A DNA stretch of 64,000 nt from Octopus sinensis. Lineage: Eukaryota. Below are positions 11,151 to 25,229 of this stretch, in pieces. Positions within the stretch are counted from its first letter, which is position 1. Each line of letters opens with the position of its first letter. Location of the stretch: positions 17,546,001 through 17,610,000 of the forward strand of contig NC_043012.1 in the NCBI RefSeq assembly GCF_006345805.1. The letters are read 5' to 3'. Both the position numbers and the translations under genes were made by a program. Under the pieces are notes generated by a model. That model was given only the letters and a program-made list of their open reading frames with translations, searched no databases and had not been told where the DNA came from.

Positions 11151-12982
11151 TGGCCCGGGAGTGAAATTTGCTTCGGTGGGTTGAAATCCAGGTCCAAAAT
11201 GTTTTACAACTTCGTTTCTTTATGGTTATTTATTTTTGTTCATTTATTTTTTTTTACCGTTCTTTGAGGAAGGAAAACCTAACTTGGACCTACTTTTTAT
11301 AGATCACCTTTTACGCACCGAGGAAAGTAAATACGGATACAAAACTTTGATTGTGGACCCCACAAAAATTTTAAGGGGTGCGCTTGCACGTCTTACACCC
11401 CAATTTCCATGCCCATGTACACACACAGACACACACACAGACACACGCACACACACATTCGCACCACACGCAGAGACACAGACACATAGACACCCACAGA
11501 CACGCACACACGCACACACGCGCGCGCATAAAAGTATTGGGTTCACAGTATGCAGTTAGATCCAGCATGGGCCCTGTTCATTAGTCTACTTACAGTGTAT
11601 ATCTGACTGATAATTTTGTGTTTATCCAGATTGTACAAGACATTTTACAGTCAGTCTGTAGAGTTCCCGGCGGAAAGTCGAAGATGTCGTCAACATTTTC
11701 TTGACAACCGAATTTAAATATGATGCCCCACTCAAACGTGTTGAACGTTGCTTCAGAGAAGGATGCCAACGTGAAAGCGAAATCTTTACGTCATTTAAAA
11801 GTCCATAATAAACTGAAAAGCTAAAGAATATGGTCGTTGATATCAACTTATGATCTGTGTCAAAATTTACATGAAAAAGCAAAGCAAACGCCTAATGTAA
11901 GGCCTTCCTCATTTAGCATATAAAAATACTGTGATTATATATATATATGAACACACACCCACACATACATACTTATGTATGATACACCACATACACACAC
12001 CATATATATATGAACACATAAAACATATATACATACATATAAATATAATATATATTATATATATATTAATATATATATATATATATGATACATATAATAT
12101 ATACTTATAATACATACATATATATATATATACACACGCACACGTACACACACCACAGGCACGCACACACACATAACATATGTGCATACACATATAGACA
12201 CACATACACGCTATATGTAAGATATTTAGTATATGCATCAGGCTAAATATATTATATATACATATATATATTGAAATAAATAAATACTTATATAAGTTAC
12301 ACATCACTATAAATATATATATATACCTAAATTCCTTGAAATCAAACGCACGTATAACATCCAAAAGTATGAGAACCTGAAGAGGATAGGAAAAGAATGA
12401 CAGAAAATCGGTTGGAAGCATGCTGAAAAATGACCAATATTTATTGTTAGCCTTATCTTTGAAGTAAGACCACCTTTTGATTGGATGTGGAGGAAAGCGT
12501 TTCTGAGAGATAAGTGATTCATGTGCAACAATTGGAATATTGCTGATGTTATTTTGCCGAACAGATCAATAGAAAACCTGCATATATATACAGCCATGGA
12601 ATATGCATGTGATTTCGGCATCGGCATGTGAATGTGTACGTTTATACATTGATACAGACACACATATATATATAGATATCCATGCACATGCACATAAACA
12701 CGCACACACACACATATACACACACACATATAATGTATATAAGCATACATACACATAAGGTACCAACCACACATACTCATGCTTATGGATTTATATACAT
12801 ACATGTATATATGTAGATTCATACTTATATACATACACACATATATGCTACATATAGGTGCGTGTATATATATGTGTATATATATATATATATTTCTACA
12901 TAACATGCATATATATATGTATATATGCATATATACATACATGCATATATCTATCTATCTATCTATCTCTCTCTCTCCTCTC

Positions 12983-13022
<40 letters not shown>

Positions 13023-13033
13023 CATACAAGCAA

Positions 13034-13075
<42 letters not shown>

Positions 13076-13427
13076 GTTCATACATGCATACTTTCACACG
13101 CGCACATGCGATTACATATCAGTAACGACGTACATTCAATCGAAGTTGGTCAGTCTCTGTATCTTGCCTCACAGCTTATCTGTATGGGTTGCAATTCAGG
13201 CAACAATTATGTACATAACCTGGAGGGACGTCGATAGAGAGAAACGGTAAGCGCGTGAAGTGTTAGCAGAGGATGAATAAATAAAAATTCTACAATATAT
13301 ATACAATGTTCTTTCTTACGTTTGGCTCACAAGCGTATTATAATTCAAGTGGGGCGCTGAAAGAGAAACTCAGACATTATATACATTACATACACACATT
13401 AATACATAAAAATGAATACGTACGAAC

Positions 13428-13467
<40 letters not shown>

Positions 13468-13493
13468 AGGTTTGGAGATGATGTACAGGTATT

Positions 13494-13934
13494 ATATATT
13501 AGAAGAAATGAGGTAATCAGAAGATCGGATGGTTGGTATTTACAGATATTTATTTATATATTACATTTTTTACATATATATCATATCACTTAGTTCATTA
13601 GCGCCTTCTCCCATTCTAGTGGGGTTTTCAAATGAAAATAAGTTCCTTTGCTGGGGATTTTAATCATTTTATAGTTTCTCGTTGTTATGGGGAGGAATGT
13701 AAGACAGTACAAGAGGGTGAGGTGTCTTACATTCCTCCCCATCACAACGAGAAACTATAAAATGATTAAAATCCCCAGCAAAGGAACTTATTTTCATTTG
13801 AAAACCCCACTAGAATGGGAGAAAGCGCTAATGAACTAAGTGATATGATATATAGTAAAAAATGTAATATATAATAAATATCTGTAAATACAAACCATCC
13901 GATCTTCTGATTACCTCATTTCTTCTAATATATA
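13494..13934. repeat. Near-perfect long palindrome, ~213-bp arms, 16-nt spacer
   Basis: 13494-13706 is the reverse complement of 13723-13934 with about 5-6 differences. Spacer GTACAAGAGGGTGAGG. Confidence 0.95.
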
Positions 13935-13936
13935 TA

Positions 13937-13983
<47 letters not shown>

Positions 13984-14126
13984 ACTATATATATATATGT
14001 ATGTATATGTATATGCAAATGTATATATATGTGTGTTTGTGTGTGTGCGTGTTATTATATGTACGTTTGTGCGTTTGTATGTATGTATGTATATATATAT
14101 ATATATATATATATTTGATGTTCACA

Positions 14127-14738
14127 GTATAAAGTTAAGAGCCAGTAATAGTTTCTTCCTTCGGAAACACGGGTCTAGGCAGGTTTTATAATACGAGTTG
14201 TGTCCCCAAGCAATCTACTGACTTTGGCCATACTATGAATTATTTTCGCAAATCAGGATGTTGGTACAAGAGAAATCACAGGAAAAGAACGAAAGGTTTG
14301 GTTTAAAATGTGGAAACGTGAATAAAAGACGGGAAAATAAAGAGAATTAGAGCGATGTCTCGTTTGCTCCGAAAGCCATTATTATTCAACGGACAGGGAT
14401 CCAAAGTCTGCTTAATCCGGAGAGAAACAGCTGTCTCGCAGAATTTCAACCCCTCACCCTTGAATAATAATCCCACAACTAGCTTAATTTTGTCTTTACG
14501 TTGAATGGGAGCATGACACAAAATTTCGTCTATTTTACAGCTTTCATTAACCTTTCCGCATTTTGCATCTTCTTTTTCGTTTCTTCTCATGATTTGTCTT
14601 GTACCAACGTCCCTATTTGCAGATAGACCATGCGGTTAGAGCCGAGAGCTAGCTTGGGGACACAGAGATGTGTTATAAAAACCTTCCTAGATACGTGTCT
14701 CCAAAGCAGTAAACTATTAGTAGCTCGTAACTTTATAC
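14127..14738. repeat. Old degenerate palindrome/foldback element
   Basis: GTATAAAGTTAAGAGCC...TGTGTCCCCAAGC...GCAAATCAGGATGTTGGTACAAGAGAAATCAC is mirrored by ATGATTTGTCTTGTACCAACGTCCCTATTTGC...GCTTGGGGACACA...GCTCGTAACTTTATAC. Similarity continues inward. Confidence 0.8.
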
Positions 14739-14893
14739 GATGTACATTAAATCATATTTATCTCTCAGTCGATAGAGTACATTTTTCGTTGATCTTACCT
14801 TAACGGAGGTGTAAACGAAATGCAAATTATATGTACGCACACACACACAAACACACACACGCACACACACGCACGCACACACACACACACACA

Positions 14894-14929
<36 letters not shown>

Positions 14930-14931
<2 letters not shown>

Positions 14932-15500
14932 GACTCGAGGCAATAGCTGACTTCATGCTTTCTTGTTCCCCTCCATTCTTCTCACTTTTGTTATACATAT
15001 TTATATAAATTACATATGCCAAACTCACCTTAAGAATACGTATACGAATATAATTCCAGCTGAACTATGATACGAAAACATATATTATGCGAAAAAACAT
15101 ATTTATATTTTTAGATGTCATACATATAAACACATAGAACAAAATTATTACTTGAATATGAATTTGTCCTATATTGCAAAAAAAAAAAAAAAATGAAACA
15201 AACAAAAAAAAACCGCTTTTAGAAGCAAAACTCAAAAATGTATATACTAAAACCTTTTTCTATACAAAAGACTCGAGGCAATATGTGGCTCCTTATTTTT
15301 CCTTCTTCCCTTCCATTTTTTCCCTTTTGTCATATATATTTTTATATAAATTATAGCTGCTAAATTAACCTTAAGAATACATATAACAATATTATTACAG
15401 TTGAACTATGATACGAGGACATTTATTCTGTGAAAACGTATATTTACATATTTATTTTTCATTTATATAAACACTTAGAATAAAATTATTCCACACTTAT
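14930..15500 (+). repeat. Diverged local direct duplication (~235-bp segments, ~338-bp offset)
   Basis: AAGACTCGAGGCAATA at ~14930 and ~15268. CCTTAAGAATAC and GAACTATGATACGA occur in both copies. Confidence 0.75.
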
Positions 15501-15554
15501 TTTAAAAAGTTAAAAACTTGCTTTAATAATACAATATATATATATATATATATA

Positions 15555-16225
15555 TTGGGTCAACCCATAGATAATGCGTTTTTTTACACCTCTTTTATTT
15601 TTCAAAATTTAGATTTTTTAGTTCTTTTTTAATCTAAAATATACTTTCCTTCATTTTCTACAATGCTCTTCCATCTATCTGGTAGACTTGCATGACCATT
15701 CTTCCAAAATTCTCTTGTCCGGGACGAAAAATATTCCTCCAGTACTGTTCTGACCTCATCTACAGAATTCATATTTTTTTCCGTCCAAATGATTTTGAAG
15801 ACTGCAGAATAAATGATAATCAGATGTGGCAATGTCCGGCGAATATGGTGGGTGGGAATCGCTCCCCATTTAAACTGCTCCAACCTTTGGAATGTTATGG
15901 TTGCTGCATGTGGTCGAGCATTATCCTGATAGAAGAGCGCCTTTCGTTTTGAACTCAAAGATGGTTGTTTTTCTTCTAGCGATGACTTATGCCGCTCAAG
16001 CTGCTCGCAGTAGATCTCCTTTGTTATCGTTTTGTTTGCGTTTAAAAGTTCAAAGTGGACTAAGCCATTTATATCTCACAAAACAAATAACAACACTCTT
16101 GGTGGAGGATGACCTTCTTTAGCTTGGGGTGCCGGTGTTTCTCCTTTCCCTATCCACTATTTTCCATACTTGACTTTCTCGTCCCTAGTCACTATCCGGT
16201 CCAAAAATAAGTTTATTCGTGAGAC
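15555..16225 (-). mobile_element. Mariner (DD34D) transposon relic, 3' half
   Basis: Minus frames: LFLDRIVTRDEK, FELLNANKT, YQDNARPHAA, LPDRWKSIVENEGKYILD. Terminus TTGGGTCAACCC next to TA at 15553-54. Confidence 0.9.
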
Positions 16226-16954
16226 GTAACAGCAAAGAAGAGCACAAATTTGGAATTAAAACGACAATGAGTGAAAATGCTGCTAATTTTCAGAAAAAAT
16301 AATATAGTGTGGCAGGTCAACTATTTCACAAAACTGTTATCATTGTGAAAGAGTTGGCGAAATCTTTCATAACAATTGAGTCATTTTCACACTATATTTC
16401 AATCAGTTTAAATATGGCTGCCAAAGTTTAAAATCACACTTCTCAACCGACATACATATATTAATTCAAATTTTGTTAGATTGAAGTTTCTCAGCTAATA
16501 AATGTAATACGGAGAAGGTATCATTTTGGTATTTAACTGGATGCCTTGAGAGGCATATATGGACGCTTACGCACATACGCGTATATGAGAGGCATATATG
16601 GACAAACATACGCACATACGCGCATAGGTACATATACATCTTCAGGCAAAGAACTAATAGGCAGAAAGTCACTACGGCGTGAGCGGGCAGAGGGGGAAAT
16701 TTTCGGAGGAAGAACTCTCGTGAAGCAAGTCTTTTTGCTCGACAGTTCTTGGCACTGACCGGGAGGCTGCTCGCCTTGATCATGACTAGTCGGTGTCCTT
16801 TCTCTATTTTTGAAATGATACTTTCCGTGTGGATTGAATTTAGAACCTTCGAGTGATCTTGTTTGAGAATGTGTAGCGCGAGAGAAAGAGAGAGGGGGAG
16901 AGAGAGAGAGAGAGAGTGAGAGAGAAGAAGGGAGTGACGAGATAGATAGATTTA

Positions 16955-17225
16955 TCCATTCATTCCTTCGGTTCTCATTGTGCCATGTGACATTTGAGGC
17001 GACAGCAAGATCATTCCACCTTCTAACACTGAAAGCATCTTTCACAGCTTGTTCCATCGTTAACCCTCTGCTTTTAAGTTCTTTTGTTATTGTTCGCCAC
17101 CACGTTTCTTTTGGTCGGCCACGTCTTCTTTTCCCTTATAGAACCCATTGCAAAGCGATCCTGACAATTGAGTTCGGTTTATAGCGACAAACTCGACCCA
17201 GCCATTTCCATTTCCTTGCTTCAGT
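16955..17225 (-). mobile_element. RTE-clade LINE extreme 3' fragment
   Basis: KWKWLGRVCR...IALQWVL*GKRRRGRPKETWWRTITKELKSRGLT...RRW, the typical RTE C-terminal signature. Confidence 0.8.
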
Positions 17226-17844
17226 AGATACACAGACAGGAAATGGATGATAGAAAAATATTGCTGTCGCTATGGCTGTAAACTCGTAAGTGCTGAAAGA
17301 AACTAAGTGCTGGAATGATATATGCGTGCTTGAGTGGGTACGTCTATATGCACGTATGAACAAGTGTGTGTAAGTGGGGTAGGACATACTATATTATATA
17401 AAGTAAAACATGTTAATCAGCACTAAGCCTGTGGATAATTCTGGACAATAGTTTGGAATTAATATTTCTCGTACTGTCTATGTATGCTACTGATACTCAA
17501 CATAAAAACAATGCATGGCATTTCTGTGTTTATTAAAGGAAAAATCTGACATTGTAAAGTAAATTTACAGTTATATGATTGAACGCCAATATATACATAA
17601 TATCTAACATATTAATCTTGTTAAAGATATACGATGGAATCTCGAAAGAATTTTACAACGATGTGCCAAAACATACATTATTTAATAAAGATTTCTGACA
17701 TTGGCAGAAAACCACTAATTTTGGATGTGGGAACAGTATTTGATTGGTAATTATTTTATCTCAATAATGGTTCACTGGAAATTATAAATGTACGATATTT
17801 AATATATTCTTCAGATATGTTTTGAATGAATGCATTATATTCTT

Positions 17845-18972
17845 TCCTACTCTTGGCACAAGGCCCGAAATTTTGGGGGAGGGGGCAGTCGATTAGATCG
17901 ATCCCAGTACGTAACTGGTACTTAATTTATCGACACCGAAAGTATAGAAGGCAAAGTCGACCTCAGCGGAATTTGGACTCAGAACATAAAGACAGACAAA
18001 AAAAAACAAAAAAAAGCGAAGCATTTCGCCCGGCATGCTAAAGTTTCTGCCAGCTCGCCGCCTTATCATGAATTAACATTCGTTTCTACTCTAGGCACAA
18101 GGCCCGAAATTTTGGGGAAGGGGACCGGTCAACTATATCAACTGCAGTATGCAACAGGTACTTAATTTATCGACCCCGAAAGGATGAAAGGAAAAGTCGA
18201 CCTCGGCGGAATTTGAACTCAGAACGTAAAGACAGACGAAATATCGCTAAGCATTTCGCCCGCCGGTGTTAACATTTCTGCCAGCTCGTCACCTTTTCTA
18301 AACCCTCTAATTGACGACAGCCAAAGGTCTTTCTCAGCAGGATCTGAACTCAGAAAATAGCCAAAATTGAAAATAACATGTACACTTCAGCTATCAAACT
18401 GTGATGTTTTTTTTTTCAAATATCTCGTGCACAAGAATGTCTAAAATGAATGATGGGAAGTAAAGAAGATAGAATAAAATCTCATTTTCATTTTGCTCAC
18501 CCACCTTTGTCTACCACTTGCTCTCATTTCATTTTCATAAAATCATAGGGAAATCTTAGTCTATCGTCGTTTAGTATCCTTTCTACTATAGGCAGAATAG
18601 CTGCAATCTTGTGGGGAGGATGCTAGTCGAGTACATCGACCCTGTGTTCGACTGGTACTTATTTTACCGACTCTGAAAGGGTGAATGGCAAAGCTGACCT
18701 CCTCGACACATGAATTCAGAATGCAAACCCGGAACAAACACCGCTAAGTATTTTGTCCTGCGTGGTAACTACTTTGCCAGCTCATCGACTTTGAACATTA
18801 CATCTTATTCGAATCAGCTCTGCCAATTTGATGCCTATCGAGGTTTAATACCCTTTCTACTAAAGGCATAAAGCCGACCACGGCGGAATTTGAACTCAGA
18901 ACGTAGCGACGGGCAAAATGCCGTAGGCATGCCGTCCAGCGTGCTACCGATTCTACCAGCTCGCCGCCTTAT
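17845..18972 (-). mobile_element. Cluster of four SINE family B copies (Nin/Deu-like central domain)
   Basis: Copies at ~17845-18065, 18085-18297, 18590-18790 and 18860-18972, each the reverse complement of GGCGAGCTGGCAGAA...GAGTTCAAATTCCGCCGAGGTCGACTTTGCCTTTCATCCTTTCGGGGTCGATAAATTAAGTACCAG (last copy partial). The domain name is from memory. Confidence 0.88.
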
Positions 18973-19289
18973 CGGGATTTAATATCGACATCTGTTCATT
19001 AGGTGTCTTTAGCGGAATTCAAAATGCTCTGCTACAAACAGTCAGGCTATGTTTCTTGTCAAAGCAAAATATTTGCTTTCCCCATCTCTAATCCGAGAAG
19101 CCCCAGCGTAGTCTTCCAAGTGATTATATCTTATTTAGGCTTTTAGAATAAATGTAAGACTCTCGATACAATAGAATCATGAACTTAACCAAAATCTATA
19201 ATGTCCGGATAACGTCTGCTGAGCTGTTTCATTTATCAGCATAGGAGACACATCCTGAGTGCACAAAACTCACTGAACATGATGCCTAT

Positions 19290-19470
19290 CTGGTTCACGA
19301 TTACCCTTCAGTGACTGCTGATATTAATTTTCCACTGAGAGTCCCCGATCAATGAGAAATTAAGTATTTTTCTCAAGACAAAAGACAACAACAACCATGT
19401 CCGTGAATCGAATCCGTAATCTAGCGTTTGTTAGTGCACTACGCTAACCACTGGGTCATAAGCATCCACC
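19290..19470 (-). mobile_element. Decayed tRNA-head SINE fragment
   Basis: GAATCGAATCCG...CTAACCACTGGGTCAT is the reverse complement of a tRNA-like A-box/B-box head. Confidence 0.45.
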
Positions 19471-22400
19471 AAAAGAAATGTGTATTATTAAAATACATAA
19501 TTAAATGTATCATATTTGCTATGTTTCTAGAAAAGTATATTGAAATACTTTAATACTCTCTACAGCTCAAATGATTCTCTTTGTTCTTTAAAGCTGTAAA
19601 ACTCCATTGTACAAACATCCTAACAATCAATAAAGAGTAATTAACATTTTATATATCGAAGTTACAAACTATTAGTAAACGATATCAGAAATTAATTAAT
19701 TGTAGAAAAAGACGGGAAATCTGAGATGCCATATTCAGACTGACATTTTCACTTCGAATATCAAAGCCTATTTAGTAGGCTACTGTGACATTCCTTTAAT
19801 TATGTGATACGCCAGAACGGCAATAACGAAGATATCAGTTGGGTATCAAATTGTTCTCATCACGTAAAATGGGATTTAATTTAAAGAAACAACGAGTAAT
19901 AAATCAAATGAAATTTTGATCATTTTTAAAAACTGATTCCCTATTCCATCTGTTAAGCGACTTGATGCCAAAAACAAAAAACAAAACAATTCCAAGTAAT
20001 GGATTTTAGAAATAGGAAGAAGTCTATGGTAGAGTTAACTCCGCAAAGTTAACATGACATGCAAAATCTAGTTGTGTAAGATTCTGAGCTTGATAGTTAT
20101 ATCGACTTCAGAACGTGTAGTTGAACTGAGGATGTGGCACTGACATGAAATCTGTAGCTGTCATCAATCATCGTGAAATTTCATCTTTTTTTTCTTATTT
20201 ACAAGCATGTTTTTCTCGATGTTTTCAAATAAGAAAATTCAATCTTATGGATAAATTGATCCACTACTATCATTCTGAAAAGGCACTTCGTTTTGTGATA
20301 CGTTTCGACTTTGACGGTACAATCTCCTTCGAATGACACGTTGTATGCGAATTGGGTGAAATATAAATTAGTCACAGATCCGGTATGAGATTGACAATTC
20401 GGGAGGTATTTCAGAGATTGTTAGTGTTCGCTGTTTTTCCTTCTACTGATTGTTCACTTTCAGGTGGATTACCGAACATAAGGTTTCTATCTTAGCAACC
20501 ACAAGCCAGTGTTCAATGAAGATATGATATCGTACAATAATCTACCTGCATATTTATTTGATGGACCTCAGACTTGTCACAGTGAAAAATAACCTCAACT
20601 GTTTTTGAATGCTACCGATTTTGCAAATACAAAACCATTTCTCACTACAATACCACACATAATTTAAGTTAAGAGTAAATTAGAGCAGAAAGACATCGGT
20701 ATGCGACGGGTATATATCATTATCAGGCACGAGAAGTTGAACACAGAACATTAAGTGGCGTATAGACTGATATATAGAGTTGGTTACGATATTCTGTTGG
20801 ATAATTTAGGCTACAAAAATACACAAACTTGTATATATATCATTACATAAGTGTAACACCCCTCCTTCACACTCTCTCCCTGCATACATAAATACATACA
20901 TAGATATATAGATAGATAGATACATATATATATATATATATGCATGCACACGCATAATTTCATAGAAATATATGCGCATGAATATATATAAACGTATGCA
21001 CACAAACATTTATATGTGTATTTACAATACATATATATTATATATACGTATCTTTCTATAGCTATGTATATACATACGTACACACCCTCACACACAGACA
21101 AACTGACCCCCCATATATATACATATATATATACATATATATACACACACATATATATACATACATAATTAAAGGAATACACACACCACACACACACACG
21201 CACATACAGACGTGTATATATATATTTATATATATACACGTCTGTGTGTGTGTGTGTATGCACATTCACACACACGAGACAGAGTGTATTATCAGTTTCC
21301 AAAAGGTTCGTGCCTAAGAACAGCATAAATAAATGAAAGAGCAATTCAGGCATTACTCTTCTTTGAACAGCATCCAACCATAAATTAAATTGTTCGTTGT
21401 ACGGATATAACGAACATCAAAGATATTTATTTTATTCAATTTATACTTTATACTTTGCTAAATGTTTAATTCATATTTAACTATACTTCCCCTGTGCACG
21501 TATGAGATGTAAGGTTAATTGTCGAAGTGTTTGGGGATGGTGTTCAATTAATATATGAAATACACTCGATACAGTTTGGCCATCGAAAGATATGACAGGG
21601 GTGAACTGTTACTAGCAACACCAGGATACTAGCGAGTGTTTTATCATGTACAGATAAGCAAGAAAACAAATTGAATCAGAGATCTTAGCGCTAATAAAAA
21701 CTGCACTTTGACACGTCTCTTTACACGTCTTATTTGGGTTGTTTTCTGTTAGTGTCCAGGTTTAACTGTTGAAATATAAGACAGTTTTAAGTCTCGCAGA
21801 TAAAACAATCCGAAACCATAAATGTCATTAACACAAATGAAGGTGATAAAATAACGAATTTTGATATTTTTTGATACTTTTAAATATGAGAGAATCGACA
21901 CGGAATTGTTTGCATAAATAAAAAGCAAAGAAAAACCAACAAACCATTCTATCAAACTATTTGTTTGTAATTCGCATTTATATAGAATTTATTTTTACAC
22001 ATAGCATTTCAATATGACTGAGATTTATTGCAAAATAACTATCGAGGTAAAAACGTTCCACTAGCTGGAATAGGCACCCCAGGATCATATAAATCTATCA
22101 TCATTACTATTGTCATTATTATTGGTAGTATCTAATGAGAATATAGTGAGCAGGAAGACAAATACAAACAAGATACAAGAAATATTCAGTTCTTATAGTA
22201 CACTTTAGGTTTGTATGAGATATATGTATTTGATAACATAGAAAAATAACATTTCATAACTGACAGATACTTATGCGTAGATATAGCTATATACTTAAGC
22301 ATATATGAATACATAAATACATACTTACAACCACCCATCTATACATCCATAGATCCATACATACCTAAATGTGGGCGTTGTGTTTCGCCAAGAAAAACAC

Positions 22401-22883
22401 AAGAAAACTCATTCACATTCTCGAAATATAATCTTTGTTATCTATTCCAAGGATTCTACGTTTGGGTTTCATGGAATGCATTTATACACGCATTCTAATC
22501 TACATACAGTACAGCGACATGCCTAAACAGCAGTGGAAGACATTCCTATGCACAGCCATTATATGGATGCAAGATTATTTACATATGATTCCTTCATATA
22601 TTCACTTACTAATTCATATATTCGCAAAACCCAGGTCCTTTCTTGAGTAAAACAAAATGCGATGATAAAACATAAATACATCTCAAAGAAAACAAACAAA
22701 CAATTAATTACTTACAGGGACACCGTATTTCGTTATGTAACCATAAGATACTACATAGTAGATTAAACACATTATAAATCAATGCTATATCCTACTGTGT
22801 TAGCAGTGCTACTAAATCTCATGTGTGTAATGCTTTATTCAGAAGCAGCATATGAATATTAAATTCTAATAACAGGTTATTGA

Positions 22884-22920
<37 letters not shown>

Positions 22921-22976
22921 TATATATGTATATGCCTATATACATATTCATATATATGTATATATGTGTATATATA

Positions 22977-23930
22977 TTAGGTTGTTAAGAAAGTTCTTGC
23001 ACTTTTTAACCTTTAAATTCAGATGCACACATCTCGGCTCAAACAAAACTTTATTAATCGAAATAAACACCATCAGAATCAACACACTTTTGCCAACGCG
23101 AAACAAATTTATTGATGCCAGTAGCGTAAAAATCCTACGTTCTGGTGGCGATGAAGTCGTTGAAGGCGTGTTTGGCATCGCCTTGGTTTTTGAAGCATTT
23201 CTCATGCAGGAGATGCTTGAAGAAGTGGTAGTCGGTAGGCGAGACGTCTGGTCAGCATGGTGGATGAGGCAGAGTTTCGTAGCCCAATTCGTTCTACTTT
23301 TGCAGGGTCAGTTGTGCGACGTGCGGCCGAGCATTGTCGTGGTGAGAGTACTTCTCCGCCGTAATGGTTTCACCCGGATCCAAAAAGCTGTGATGGATAA
23401 AACCGGACGCAGACCACCAAGCAGTCACTATGACTTTCTTTTTGTGGCACTTTGGATTCGGGAAGTGCCGTGGAGCTTCGTCGGCGTCCAACCACTGAGC
23501 TGAGCGTCGCCGGTTGTAAAGAATCCACTATTCATCGCAAGTCAAAATCGGATCGAGAAACGGGTTATTCTTGTTGCGTAAAAGAAGGGAAGACGACACT
23601 TCAAAACGGTTTTTATTTTGGCTGTCGTACAATTTGTGCGGCACACATTTCTCAAGTATTTTTGTTTTTCCTATCTCTTTCAAGTGGTTGGAAATTGTTG
23701 TATGTGTTACGTCGAATTCAGAAGCAAGCCTCCGAACAATTATTCGTGGATTAGCTTTGACTAGGGCTCTTAGTTGATCGTTGTCAACGTCCGATGGCCG
23801 ATCACAACGCTTATCATCTTCATGTCTCTTGTCACCGCTACGGAATTTTTTTGAACCACCATTGTGTCGTACGCTCATTAGTGGATCCTGGGCCAAACGC
23901 ATCTTTTCGGCATAGGTTGAACTGGAATTA
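22977..23930 (-). mobile_element. Mariner transposon relic with internal deletion
   Basis: Minus frames: KFRSGD, CVPHKL, ILTCDE, HHDNARPHVA, SPTDYHFFKH, SRWQKCVDSDGVYFD. Terminus TTAGGTTGTTAAGAAAG after TA. No matching second TIR found. Confidence 0.9.
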
Positions 23931-24053
23931 AAAAAAATTGTGCAAATTTGCTTCTTGTCCCTGTTGTATTCAATGTTCCGAAAAAAAACGGCCTAATTAT
24001 TCATAAACGAAAAAAGAGTAAGACAATTAGATAGAGCGAAACCGGGATTTAAA

Positions 24054-24449
24054 TCTTTATACATAAAAGAGAAGTTGTGTGTCTGTCTCCTACGATTTAG
24101 ATTCCTAACTACTCCCACATTTTGTGGTGCAGTTTAACCAAAAGCGGGTATCTTATAGTCGTGATTCATATCGAGCCATTCTGGGTATTAGCGCGCGTCT
24201 ACGATGAGTCTACGATTAAAAAAAAAGTTACCATAATTTTTTTCCATTTTAATGCATTTTTTTCGCTATTATATAAGGGAAGTAACTCTCTAACATGTCT
24301 ACGATGAGTCAGCGATTTAAAAAAAAATTACCATCATTTTTTTCCCATTTTTAATGCATTTTTTTACAAATTTTTTGCTATAACTCTCTAAAAATGCTTA
24401 TCTAGTTATTTCCCTTACAAACCCGAGCAACGCCGGGCGATACTGCTAG
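24054..24449 (+). mobile_element. Non-autonomous Helitron
   Basis: Starts A|TCTTTATACATAAAA. Ends with subterminal hairpin CCCGAGCAACGCCGGG and CTAG|T, with no TSD. Contains an internal ~60-bp direct repeat (CTACGATGAGTC...TTAATGCATTTTTT) twice. Confidence 0.8.
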
Positions 24450-24715
24450 TGATATATAAAGTCAAAGTAATTTAGCGAAAATTAATTTGAATATACATAA
24501 TTTAAAACCAAAATTTAAAATTCCGCAATAAATTTCTTGACAACCTAATATACATACATACATACATGCATATATACATACATACAATGTATAAATTATA
24601 TTCCTGAGCGCCATACTAATATAATTGTTTGTTTGTATTCCACCTGCCTTCGTCTTTTGTTTATTTTCATAAAGCTTCCCGTTATACATACATACATACA
24701 TACGCACATACATAC

Positions 24716-24760
<45 letters not shown>

Positions 24761-24777
24761 ATTTGTGTGTGTGTATA

Positions 24778-24821
<44 letters not shown>

Positions 24822-25195
24822 ACAATCAAAGGAAAGGAATCCCTTCAAAGGGGTGTGTAATACATCCAGTTCACTGTTACGTCTCTTGAATGCAACATAG
24901 ATATGCGCCTAATGCAAATTACAAACAATAAATTCAATAGAGGGATTCATTCGACAATCCAATAATTTGGCTTCGTCTACCTATAAACCAAAGCTATGAA
25001 GAGACTTATAAAAATGGAGATGTATTGCTTATAAATCCAATAATGTATATTAATGGAAACAAGTTGTTGGCCGTTTTGGTTTTTGAATGATTTTTTTAAT
25101 GTTATATTAGTTTATAGTATATTTGCTACGTTATAACATAAATAAATTATTGGATTGTCAATTGACTTTCTCTATTTAATGTTTGTTCATATATA

Positions 25196-25229
<34 letters not shown>

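Noticed and set aside
11148-11880. Possible MITE end (GGGGTG...CACCCC) and ORF 11622-11882
   Set aside because: No partner TIR/TSD and no transposase motif could be established.
14303-14590. 95-aa minus-strand ORF
   Set aside because: It lies across the centre of a degenerate palindrome and has no recognisable motif.
16546-16860. GC-richer segment with ORFs on both strands
   Set aside because: No recognisable domain, and parts derive from a short 39-bp duplication and an (AG)n run.
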